Below, piece after piece: positions 1-6,979 of a stretch of DNA of 24,886 nucleotides. The translations under genes were made by a program, and so were the position numbers. The stretch spans positions 1-24,886 of the IMG/VR virus record IMGVR_UViG_3300034629_000036; one strand, written 5' to 3'. Position 1 is the stretch's first letter. Each line of letters starts with the position of its first letter. This DNA comes from a virus (lineage: Duplodnaviria; Caudoviricetes). The notes under the pieces are model-generated. The model had not been told where the DNA came from. It searched no databases and was given only the letters and a program-made list of their open reading frames with translations.

Positions 1-72
1 AGCGAGCGTGACGAGAACATCAGTGACGTCGTCCGCGAGGCCCTCGAGCGCTACGTGAAGAGCAAGCGATGA
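1..72 (+). CDS. Ribbon-helix-helix (CopG/Arc-like) DNA-binding protein, C-terminal part (5' end outside window)
   Basis: Frame 1 reads SERDENISDVVREALERYVKSKR*, a typical RHH second helix and a close paralog of the 3586-3732 product (GESVSDVVRAALERYAKRK). Confidence 0.75.
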   Translation, partial: SERDENISDVVREALERYVKSKR

Positions 73-233
73 GTGCCGACCGGACCGCCGAGAAAGACGG
101 GCCCTGCCCCTACGACGGGCAGAGCATCGCCTGGCACCAGCACGTGGCCGGTACGGACGGTGCGGGGATGCCTCGCACCAATGGGGAGTTCATCGGGTGT
201 GACTTCGGTCGCGCCACTCCGGCCGGTCAGTAG
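69..233 (+). CDS. Small hypothetical protein (54 aa, MSADRTAEKDGPCPYDGQSIAWHQH...GCDFGRATPAGQ)
   Basis: ATGA overlap with the RHH stop, open to TAG at 231-233, ends just before the hairpin; below the ORF-track length cut-off. Confidence 0.5.
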   Translation: MSADRTAEKDGPCPYDGQSIAWHQHVAGTDGAGMPRTNGEFIGCDFGRATPAGQ

Positions 234-244
234 GGCATGACGAA

Positions 245-283
245 GCGCCCCCGGCGCCGCTACGTGAGCGGCGCCGGGGGCGC
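245..283. terminator. Intrinsic terminator-like hairpin between convergent genes
   Basis: Perfect 17-bp stem GCGCCCCCGGCGCCGCT-ACGTG-AGCGGCGCCGGGGGCGC, followed by TTCG on the minus strand; lies just after the EEP gene stop. Confidence 0.8.
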
Positions 284-297
284 AGTCGTGCAAGGGG

Positions 298-984
298 TCA
301 GTAGGTGGCGGTGACCCCGTTGTGGTCGGACAGGTTGACGAAGACGTCGACGTCGTCGGCCCGGCGCTCCCGCAGGACGATGTCGATCGTCAGGCCGCCC
401 GGCCCAGTCGGCAGGTCCGGGTGGCCCTCCCAGCACGACCTGAGCTCGGGGATGTTGAACAGGTGCTCGTTGGCGTCGAGGAGCACGATGCACTTCCGCC
501 CGGCGGCGTGGTGGCCACGGACCCAGCCGCGGATCGCGTCGGTGCCCTGCTGGTGCGCCTGCCGGTTCGCGGGCGACCGCTTCGGGACGAGCAGGTGCGC
601 GTCGAGGATGGCCTGCTCGGTGCCGTTGGGGCGCCGCCAGATCGACTCGGCGGCGAGCGTGGCCCTGGTGGTGCGGGTGCCCGGGACTAGGGTGATCCGC
701 TTGACGCTGCGCAGCTCGGCCCACTTCGCGCGCACCCCGACGGGGAGGCCGCCGGCGCGCGGGGCGACGGCCCAGACGATGCCGGTGGCGGGGTAGTCGC
801 GGCCGGCGCGCCGTCGCGCCCAGGGGTGCTTGATGACGGTCCCCGCGTTCTTGAGCGGCCCCAGCCCGGCCGGCCACTCCTGCAGCGCGAGCACGGTGGG
901 GTTCTGGTCGAGCGCCCGGGCGAGCACCGAGCGGCACTGCCGCTGGTTCAGGGTGCGCTTGACGTTGAGCGTGACGGCGCGCAC
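298..984 (-). CDS. Endonuclease/exonuclease/phosphatase (EEP) family protein
   Basis: Ordered EEP motifs: TLNV, LALQE, AHL, LLDAN, TIDIV and C-terminal LSDH. Confidence 0.75.
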   Translation of the reverse strand: MRAVTLNVKRTLNQRQCRSVLARALDQNPTVLALQEWPAGLGPLKNAGTVIKHPWARRRAGRDYPATGIVWAVAPRAGGLPVGVRAKWAELRSVKRITLVPGTRTTRATLAAESIWRRPNGTEQAILDAHLLVPKRSPANRQAHQQGTDAIRGWVRGHHAAGRKCIVLLDANEHLFNIPELRSCWEGHPDLPTGPGGLTIDIVLRERRADDVDVFVNLSDHNGVTATY

Positions 985-987
985 GAC

Positions 988-1242
988 TCAGCTGCCGTCG
1001 GCGCCGGGGTCAGCTGCGAGCCAGGGCACGAACCGGCCCAGGAAGGCCTCGACGGCCGGGAGCGCCAGGACGCGGGTGACCGCGCCGGCGATGGCGAGCG
1101 CGCCGGCGACCGGGGGCAGGGTCTCGTCGACGCCGGCGGCTGTGATGAGCAGGGGCAGCATTGCGGCCAGGGCGACGATGACGGCGAAGGCGGTGCGGGC
1201 GGTGGCGCGCCAGGGGCGGGCGACCTGGGTGGGAGCGGACAT
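988..1242 (-). CDS. Holin (2 TM, actinophage type)
   Basis: 84 aa, PWRATARTAF motif, two hydrophobic helices, immediately downstream of the endolysin. Confidence 0.75.
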   Translation of the reverse strand: MSAPTQVARPWRATARTAFAVIVALAAMLPLLITAAGVDETLPPVAGALAIAGAVTRVLALPAVEAFLGRFVPWLAADPGADGS

Positions 1243-1243
1243 G

Positions 1244-2119
1244 TCAGGCCTCCTCGGTCTCGTCGGCGAGCGCGGCCAGGTCGGCGCGCAGCTCCTCGAG
1301 CCCGACCTGCAGCGCCGCGACGTCCTCGGGGCTGGCGGTCTTGCGGGCCTTGAGGTCGTTGGCCTTCGTGACCGCGCGACCCAGGCGGGTCTTCACGTTC
1401 TTCTTGAACCCGGCGAGGCGGGCGTCGACCGCGGCGGCGACGTCGCTGGCGAGCGCCTCCTGGTCCTTCTTGGGCCACTCGGTGTAGGGCATGTCGTCCT
1501 CCTGGTTGTTGGGGAGCCCGTCTCGGACGTAGGTGTCCTTGAGGCGGCGGATCTCGTCGAGGCGTGCGACGGCGCGGTCGCCGGGGCACGACTTCCACGC
1601 GAAGGTGCGGTGGGGGTGGATCGGGGCGCCGCGGCGGACCCAGCCGGCGAGCTCGCGGGCGGCGAAGACCATGGCGGCGAGCTGCACCTGCGCATCGGTG
1701 ACCTCGTCGTCGATGTTCTGCATCAGGGCGCAGGCGTACCCGGCGAGGTTGAGGTCGCGGGGGTAGCCGGGCACGGCCTTGTCGTTGACGGTGTGGGTGC
1801 CCTTGGTGCCGTAGTCCTGGCCCTGGAAGTAGCGGCCCTCGTTGGTGATGAGGTCCTGGTAGGACACCATCGCCGGGGTGCTGTAGCCGTAGCCCTCGAT
1901 CTGCCGGGCACCGGCCGCGCCCTCGAGGACGGTGTCGGTGTCGGCGGTGACCGAGAGGTGCAGGAAGTGGTAGGCCGCGGGGGCCGCGGGCATGGGGTGG
2001 GTGCCGCGCCGACGGGTGTAGGCGCCGGCGCGCTCGGCCGCGGAGCCCCACTGGTCGCGCGTGAAGCACTCGACACCGGCAGCGCGCAGCTGCGTGATGA
2101 CGGCGAGACGGTCGGGCAT
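1244..2119 (-). CDS. Endolysin, N-acetylmuramoyl-L-alanine amidase (PGRP/Amidase_2-like)
   Basis: ATG at 2119 with AAGGAG RBS; motifs TRDQWGS, HFLHLS, SYQDLI, HPHR and KSCPG; charged helical C-terminus; adjacent to holin. The track's 474-aa ORF is a fusion with the broken HNH gene. Confidence 0.85.
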   Translation of the reverse strand: MPDRLAVITQLRAAGVECFTRDQWGSAAERAGAYTRRRGTHPMPAAPAAYHFLHLSVTADTDTVLEGAAGARQIEGYGYSTPAMVSYQDLITNEGRYFQGQDYGTKGTHTVNDKAVPGYPRDLNLAGYACALMQNIDDEVTDAQVQLAAMVFAARELAGWVRRGAPIHPHRTFAWKSCPGDRAVARLDEIRRLKDTYVRDGLPNNQEDDMPYTEWPKKDQEALASDVAAAVDARLAGFKKNVKTRLGRAVTKANDLKARKTASPEDVAALQVGLEELRADLAALADETEEA

Positions 2120-2139
2120 GGGTGCTCCTTCGGGAGAGG

Positions 2140-2714
2140 TCAGGTGGTGGCGCGCTTGATCCGGTGATAGTGCGAGTGCGCGGCCGACTCGGAGAGCCCG
2201 TGCAGCGCGCCGACCTGTTTGAACGTGCCGCGGCCGGCGTCGTAGTCGCGGACGATGGCGCGTGCGATTTCCTCGGGGACAGGCACTGGCTGCTGGGGCG
2301 TCAGCCCGTGGAACACCGCGCGGCCCTTGTTGACCATGTCGTGGATGTTGTCTGCGGCTGGTGCCGGTGGAGAGGTGGTCAGGGTTGAAGCACGGCGGGT
2401 TGTCGCAGGCGTGCATGACGACGTGGTCGTTCGGGATGGGGCCGACGAAGATGGAGTAGCTGAGTCGGTGCACCCTCCAGTTGGCGCCGTCCGCGGAGGT
2501 GTAGCCGTAGCCCTTGGGGCATCGGGCGCCTGTCCATTCCCAGCAGCCGTTCGGGGTGATCTCGCGGCGGCGCAGGAGGCGGTCGCGGTGGGATTCGCGG
2601 GGTCGTGGCGTGACGGCGCCGCTCTTGTAGGCGGCGGTCAGGTGGGCGTTTGCAGTAGCCCCGGGCATCGTGTGGTGCGGCGCAATCGGGTGTCAGGCAT
2701 CCGGTCGGTGTCAT
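2140..2714 (-). pseudogene. HNH homing endonuclease with two +1 frameshifts (about 2650 and about 2359)
   Basis: Three frames join into one protein: MTPTGCLTPDCAAPHDARGYC / NAHL...CWEWTGA...GYG...VHRLSY...VMHACDNPPCFNPDHLSTGT / AADNIHDMVNKGR...HTH-like C-terminus; each junction is repaired by removing one base. Confidence 0.75.
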
Positions 2715-2769
2715 GACACCTACTGTAGTCGGGTGTTATGACACCTGCTACCCTCGGTGTTATGACACC
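2707..2769. promoter_or_regulatory. Triple palindromic operator array with divergent leaderless-type promoters
   Basis: GGTGTCATGACACC (2707-2720), GGTGTTATGACACC (2732-2745), GGTGTTATGACACC (2756-2769); -10-like TACAGT (minus, 2722-2727) 7 nt before ATG 2714; TACCCT (plus, 2749-2754) 7 nt before ATG 2762. Confidence 0.8.
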
Positions 2770-2806
2770 AACTGACCTGTTGCCCACGAGTGAGGTGACG
2801 GCATGA
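2762..2806 (+). CDS. Putative 14-aa leaderless leader peptide MTPTDLLPTSEVTA
   Basis: ATG 7 nt after TACCCT; its TGA overlaps the ATG of the 2803 gene (ATGA). Confidence 0.4.
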   Translation: MTPTDLLPTSEVTA

Positions 2807-3039
2807 GCGCCTACGCGGCCGACGACCTACCCCTTGTCGACGTGGTGGGCGCCGAGAGCAATCGCCCGCGCGGCCACATAGCCCTCGGCGAGCCCGACAG
2901 TCAGGCAATCGCCGTGTTCACCGACATGGGCCGCCACCTGACCTTCTGGTCCTACCAGCGCGGCCAGTTCGACGCCGCTGGCGCCCGCAATCTCGCCCAC
3001 GAGCTGACCCTCTGGGCCGACCGACAGGAGAACCGATGA
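2803..3039 (+). CDS. Hypothetical protein (78 aa)
   Basis: GAGGTG RBS, GC3-rich codons, ATGA coupling to the next gene. Confidence 0.7.
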   Translation: MSAYAADDLPLVDVVGAESNRPRGHIALGEPDSQAIAVFTDMGRHLTFWSYQRGQFDAAGARNLAHELTLWADRQENR

Positions 3040-3527
3040 ACTGGCTTGCACAGGCCGCAGGAGCGATGGGCGACGAGAGCGCCCGCCGCCAGAAGATCAT
3101 GACCCTCGGCGAACTGCGCGCGGCGCTCCAGATGCTGCCGCTCTCAACGCCCGTCACCGTCAACGGCCAGCCGCCCGCCTCGCTCGCCTCCTACCGGGGC
3201 ATGTACGAGCGCCTGGCGATCGGCGCCAAGCGGCACCGCGACGACTACGAGACCCGCGTCAACAGGTACACCGCGCACCCCGACTACGACCCCGACCCGG
3301 CAGTCGCTGACGTGACCATCGCCGAGCCCGTAACGGCGGAGGAGATGGTCAAGGCACTCGACCTCGCCGACGGACTGGACTTCGGTGGCTACAAGGGCGG
3401 CGTCTTCGAGATGCACGCCGGGACGTGGATGCACGTCGCCGAGTCCGGTGACTGCGGCCTGGCGGTCTACGGCGTGCGGCTCGACGGTGGGACGGCGGTC
3501 ATCGTGGCCGGTGAGTACGAGTGGTGA
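3036..3527 (+). CDS. Conserved phage hypothetical protein (MTLGEL...SYRGxY...GYKGG)
   Basis: AGGAG RBS, ATGA overlap; motif pattern recalls a widespread phage family of unknown function. Confidence 0.8.
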   Translation: MNWLAQAAGAMGDESARRQKIMTLGELRAALQMLPLSTPVTVNGQPPASLASYRGMYERLAIGAKRHRDDYETRVNRYTAHPDYDPDPAVADVTIAEPVTAEEMVKALDLADGLDFGGYKGGVFEMHAGTWMHVAESGDCGLAVYGVRLDGGTAVIVAGEYEW

Positions 3528-3555
3528 TCCGCTCTTTCGGTCCCGAGGGAGGAAA

Positions 3556-3578
3556 GGTGTCATGACACGGAGTACCGT
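3556..3578 (+). promoter_or_regulatory. Fourth operator copy plus -10 box upstream of the RHH gene
   Basis: GGTGTCATGACACG (3556-3569), 3 nt, TACCGT (3573-3578), 7 nt, ATG 3586: same geometry as 2732-2762. Confidence 0.75.
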
Positions 3579-3585
3579 CCGCGAC

Positions 3586-3732
3586 ATGCCCAACGCACCG
3601 AAGACGCCGCTGCGGTCCTTCCGCATCCCTGACGAGGTGTACCGGGCCGCCCAGGAAAAGGCCAAGGCACGAGGTGAGTCGGTCAGTGACGTCGTGCGCG
3701 CCGCCCTCGAGCGCTACGCCAAGCGGAAGTAA
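3586..3732 (+). CDS. Ribbon-helix-helix transcriptional regulator (48 aa; alternative in-frame start at 3562)
   Basis: MPNAPKTPLRSFRIPDEVYRAAQEKAKARGESVSDVVRAALERYAKRK: alternating beta-strand RSFRI, then P-D-E helix A, G-x-S turn, helix B. Confidence 0.85.
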   Translation: MPNAPKTPLRSFRIPDEVYRAAQEKAKARGESVSDVVRAALERYAKRK

Positions 3733-3780
3733 GGCGGATGCCGCCCAGCCACCAGACGGCGCGGGCGAGGACGGTGCGGA

Positions 3781-4464
3781 TCAGAGCTGTTCGGGGTTGA
3801 GGCCGCGGCAGTCGAGGGTCACGGCGCCGGCGTCGCCGACGGTGAACCCGGCGACGTACTCGCCCTCGCCGCAGGAGTAGGTGCCGGGGCGGGCGGTGCC
3901 GGGCGGGCCCGCGGGGCCCGGGTCGCCCTTCGGGCCAGCGGGCCCGGGTGGGCCGGGGACGGTGGAGGCGGCACCCTGGGGGCCGGCTGGGCCGCGGCAG
4001 GTCTCGAGGCCGAGCTCGTCGACGCACGAGAACCCGCGGGGGCCCTCGGCGCCAGGGCCGCCGTCGACACCGTCGCGGCCGTCCTTGCCGGGGTCCCCTG
4101 CCGTGCCGTCGCTGCCGTCGATCCCGAACCCGTCACGGCCAGCGGGTCCTGGGGGGCCCTGCGGCCCGGGCGGGCCCGGCACGAGGACCGGGTCGGCGCC
4201 GTCGTCGACGACCTCACGGGCGTCCGCCGCCCGGTCGCACAGCCCGATCTCGGCGAGCCGGTCGGCACGGTCGGTGTCGCGTTCGCACAGCTCGAGCAGC
4301 TGGTCGGTCAGCGGCCGGGCGGCGGCCTGCGCGTCGTCGCGCTCGAGGGCGCGCTGGCCAGCGAGGAACCAGCCGGTGACGAACCCGACGACGAGGGTGC
4401 CGAGCGCGAGGCCGAGGAACAGGCTGGCGAGGCGACGAGGCCGGGCGCGCAGGTCGCGACTCAT
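3781..4464 (-). CDS. Membrane-anchored collagen-like protein
   Basis: N-terminal TM helix, Gly-X-Y repeats ([18 protein letters not shown]), paired cysteines, ATGA overlap. Confidence 0.8.
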   Translation of the reverse strand: MSRDLRARPRRLASLFLGLALGTLVVGFVTGWFLAGQRALERDDAQAAARPLTDQLLELCERDTDRADRLAEIGLCDRAADAREVVDDGADPVLVPGPPGPQGPPGPAGRDGFGIDGSDGTAGDPGKDGRDGVDGGPGAEGPRGFSCVDELGLETCRGPAGPQGAASTVPGPPGPAGPKGDPGPAGPPGTARPGTYSCGEGEYVAGFTVGDAGAVTLDCRGLNPEQL

Positions 4465-4799
4465 GGCAGTGGGGGCCCTTCGTTGGGGTCGATCTGGTGG
4501 ACGGCGAGGAGCATCAGCAGGCGGGCGTTCTCGCGGGCGAGCTTGGCGCGCTGCGCGGCGCCTTCCTGGGAGCCCTCGAACGCGGCGTCGCGCAGCGACT
4601 CGACCTCGGCGGTGAGCTTGGCGACGTCGTCCTTGAGCTCGGCGATCTGGGAGCGGTAGGTCTGGACGTCGATCTCGCGGTAGCGGCGGATCTCGCGCAT
4701 ACAGAGGAACGCGAAGAGCGCGAAGGCGGCGAGGAACCCGAGGGGGCCGTTTTGGTAGAGCGCGTCGGCGACGCTGCCCGGGTCACCTGCGGGAGTCAT
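4461..4799 (-). CDS. Membrane protein, 1 TM plus coiled coil (lysis-cassette type)
   Basis: [15 protein letters not shown] hydrophobic segment followed by heptad-rich [18 protein letters not shown]. Confidence 0.75.
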   Translation of the reverse strand: MTPAGDPGSVADALYQNGPLGFLAAFALFAFLCMREIRRYREIDVQTYRSQIAELKDDVAKLTAEVESLRDAAFEGSQEGAAQRAKLARENARLLMLLAVHQIDPNEGPPLP

Positions 4800-5220
4800 G
4801 GAGGGCCTCGTGCGGCGGGAAGGGGCGCATGGTGCGCGAGAGGATCGCGTGCCACACGATTCCGCCGACGGGCGCCAGGACGGCGTCGTACCCGGAGCCG
4901 CGCTCGAGGACGCCGCCGAGCATGGTGACCGAGACGCCGAAGTAGGTGCAGATCAGGAAGACGTGGGCGCACCAGACCCCGAAGTGCAGGCGGGCGATGA
5001 CCATGGCCACGAACGTGGCGGCGCCTGCCATGAGGAAGAGCCCGAAGACGGTGAGGTTGAGGGCGCCGTGGCCGCGGAGCTCGAGGAGCACCCCGGGTTC
5101 CCCGGAGACGTAGGACAGGCCGCGGGTGAAGGTGAAGCCGATGAAGAGGATGGTCACGGCGAGGGTGATGCTGGCGGGGAGTGCTGGCGGGATGTAGCGG
5201 GCGCGCAGTGCCTTCGGCAT
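4783..5220 (-). CDS. Multi-pass membrane protein (about 4 TM), possible holin-like
   Basis: GGAGG RBS before ATG 5220; four hydrophobic segments; position after the tail genes. Confidence 0.75.
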   Translation of the reverse strand: MPKALRARYIPPALPASITLAVTILFIGFTFTRGLSYVSGEPGVLLELRGHGALNLTVFGLFLMAGAATFVAMVIARLHFGVWCAHVFLICTYFGVSVTMLGGVLERGSGYDAVLAPVGGIVWHAILSRTMRPFPPHEALHDSRR

Positions 5221-5378
5221 CGGGGCCTCCAACGGGTTGCTCGTGGGGGTCGTGGTCGCTGTTCAGTTGTGGGCTTCACCCGGGCCGGGTTCAGGTGGTC
5301 GAGCTCGGCCCGGGTGGGCTGGTCATTCCTTGCCGTAGGGCTGGTTCCAGATCGAGCCGATCCCGACCTAATGCGCGG

Positions 5379-5999
5379 TCAGGGGACCTGGGTCCACTGT
5401 GTCGGTGGCGCCCACACGTTGCCGTCTACGTTCGACGTCCAGGTCTTCCCGTTGTGGGTCACCGTCGCGCCCTTGGCGTAGGCGTCGTGCGCGCCGGCCG
5501 GTTGCTTCCACGGGCTGGTGATGGCGGGGTCGCGAAACGTCTTCCACAGTGCCGGGGTGTCCTCGGGCGCCCAGTCGACCTGGGTGGTGTGGGCCTGGAT
5601 CGCCTCGACGAGGGCGCCTTGGCGGTAGCGCAGATCCCCAGGGGCGACGGGCTCGCCCGGTGCCCACACGGGGAACGCGGGTGCGACCGCGACGGCCTCG
5701 GCCTCGGTGAGGTCCCCGGCCTCGGCGCGGGCACGCACGACCATCGCGGCGACCGCAATCACCGCCGCCTGGCTCTCGACCCGGGCCGGCGCCTGGATCG
5801 GGACGTGCGCGTCGATCGCGTCGTCGAGGATCATCTGCGTCACGGCGGGGTGGTCGCAGTGCACGACGGTCTCGGAGCCGACGCTGGTCTCGGTGGTGCG
5901 CGCAGACAGGCCGGGCGGTTCAGTGAGCCCAGCAGCGGTCGCGAGTTCGGCGGCGAGCTGCGTCAGGTCGATGTCGCGGTTGGTGGTGACGATGCTCAT
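5379..5999 (-). CDS. Tail-associated protein with C-terminal CBM5/12-like carbohydrate-binding repeats
   Basis: ATGA overlap with the fibre gene stop; WAPGEPVAPGDLRYRQG...AIQAHTTQVDWAPEDTPALW and WKQPAGAHDAYAKGATVTHNGKTWTS motifs. Confidence 0.8.
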   Translation of the reverse strand: MSIVTTNRDIDLTQLAAELATAAGLTEPPGLSARTTETSVGSETVVHCDHPAVTQMILDDAIDAHVPIQAPARVESQAAVIAVAAMVVRARAEAGDLTEAEAVAVAPAFPVWAPGEPVAPGDLRYRQGALVEAIQAHTTQVDWAPEDTPALWKTFRDPAITSPWKQPAGAHDAYAKGATVTHNGKTWTSNVDGNVWAPPTQWTQVP

Positions 6000-6979
6000 G
6001 CGGGCCACACCTCCATGATTGCGGGGCCGGGCGATGTGGCGGCGCCGCTGTAGTACCCCTCGCCTACCCATAAGGCAACTTGGGTGCTCGTGGATGAACG
6101 GTGCGCCCACGCATATGTGTAGGACTGTCCCGGCGTGAGGGATTCGATCTGGACCCGAGTGGACATTCGGGCGTAGTTCGAGGTTGTGGCCATCTGGCTG
6201 TTTGATTTGGGAACGTCTGTCGCGCCGTTCTTGAGGGACCAGAGTAGGTTGCCGCTCGAGGGACCCTGGCCCAGTGCCGTGAGTGCGACGATGACCTTGC
6301 CGCTGGCGGGCGCCACGAAAGTGACTGAAAGATTGGTGGCGTCGATGACGGTGGCCGTGCTGCCCGTGTAGGTGTAACTCGTGGCAGACTGCGAGGGGCC
6401 GTGGTACACCGTGCGGGCGAGGGCTGCACCCCCTCCGCCGCCACCTGCCGGCGTGGCGAGCGTCCCGTCGTCGCGGACGAACTTGCTGCCGTCAGGGGTG
6501 CCGGACGCGATGCGGGCGATATCGAGGCGCCCGCCCGTACCCAAGACGGGCACATCGCCGGATGCGGTGCCTGCGTTCTTGGTGGCGGCGGTGCCGAGCG
6601 AGGTCCACCCGGTCGCATAGTCGGTGGCGCTGGTCTTCTGGAGCACCTGGCCTGTGGCGCCACCCGTAGGGACGCCCTGACCGTTGCTGCCGTTGGTCCC
6701 GTTCGTGCCGTTCGTGCCGTTGGTGCCCTTCGCGGCGACCTTCGTCCACGTCGCACCCTCGGTCGGGGTCGTGCCCGTGGAGCCGGTCAGCGCGAACCAC
6801 GTCTCGCCCGCGTGCGTGACGAGGCTGCCAGCAGCGTAGGTGGTGCCAGACGACCAGGCGCCACGGAAGGCGTTGTCGAACGTGCCAGGGTCGCCCTTCG
6901 GCCCCTCCATCACCAACACGCCACGCTGCACCCCAGGCTGCCGGATACGCACCGAAGCGCCGGGAGAAAGATCAACCAC
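5996..6979 (-). CDS. Tail fibre / receptor-binding minor tail protein
   Basis: GGGAGG RBS then GTG 6979; GPKGDPG, FRGAWSSGTTY module, GTN repeats, GVPTGGATGQVLQKTS fibre motif, poly-Gly linker, beta-rich C-terminal domain. Confidence 0.8.
   Translation of the reverse strand: MVDLSPGASVRIRQPGVQRGVLVMEGPKGDPGTFDNAFRGAWSSGTTYAAGSLVTHAGETWFALTGSTGTTPTEGATWTKVAAKGTNGTNGTNGTNGSNGQGVPTGGATGQVLQKTSATDYATGWTSLGTAATKNAGTASGDVPVLGTGGRLDIARIASGTPDGSKFVRDDGTLATPAGGGGGGAALARTVYHGPSQSATSYTYTGSTATVIDATNLSVTFVAPASGKVIVALTALGQGPSSGNLLWSLKNGATDVPKSNSQMATTSNYARMSTRVQIESLTPGQSYTYAWAHRSSTSTQVALWVGEGYYSGAATSPGPAIMEVWPA
6678..6728 (-). repeat. Tandem 9-bp repeats encoding GTN/GSN collagen-like triplets
   Basis: ccgttgctg ccgttggtc ccgttcgtg ccgttcgtg ccgttggtg on the plus strand. 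Confidence 0.7.

Noticed and set aside
1244-2668. 474-aa HNH-amidase fusion protein in the ORF track
   Set aside because: Explained by frameshifts in a separate HNH gene; the endolysin has its own RBS and ATG at 2119, and the linker is out-of-frame sequence
2707-2769. Possible mini CRISPR array
   Set aside because: Repeats are 14 bp with 10-11 nt spacers, far too short; no cas genes; geometry fits operators
2700-3780. Insertion sequence or transposon explanation for the cassette
   Set aside because: No transposase or integrase, terminal inverted repeats or target-site duplication were evident
5379-6979. Diversity-generating retroelement or invertible shufflon at the tail fibre
   Set aside because: No reverse transcriptase or invertase, and no template/variable repeat pair or inverted crossover sites seen in the window
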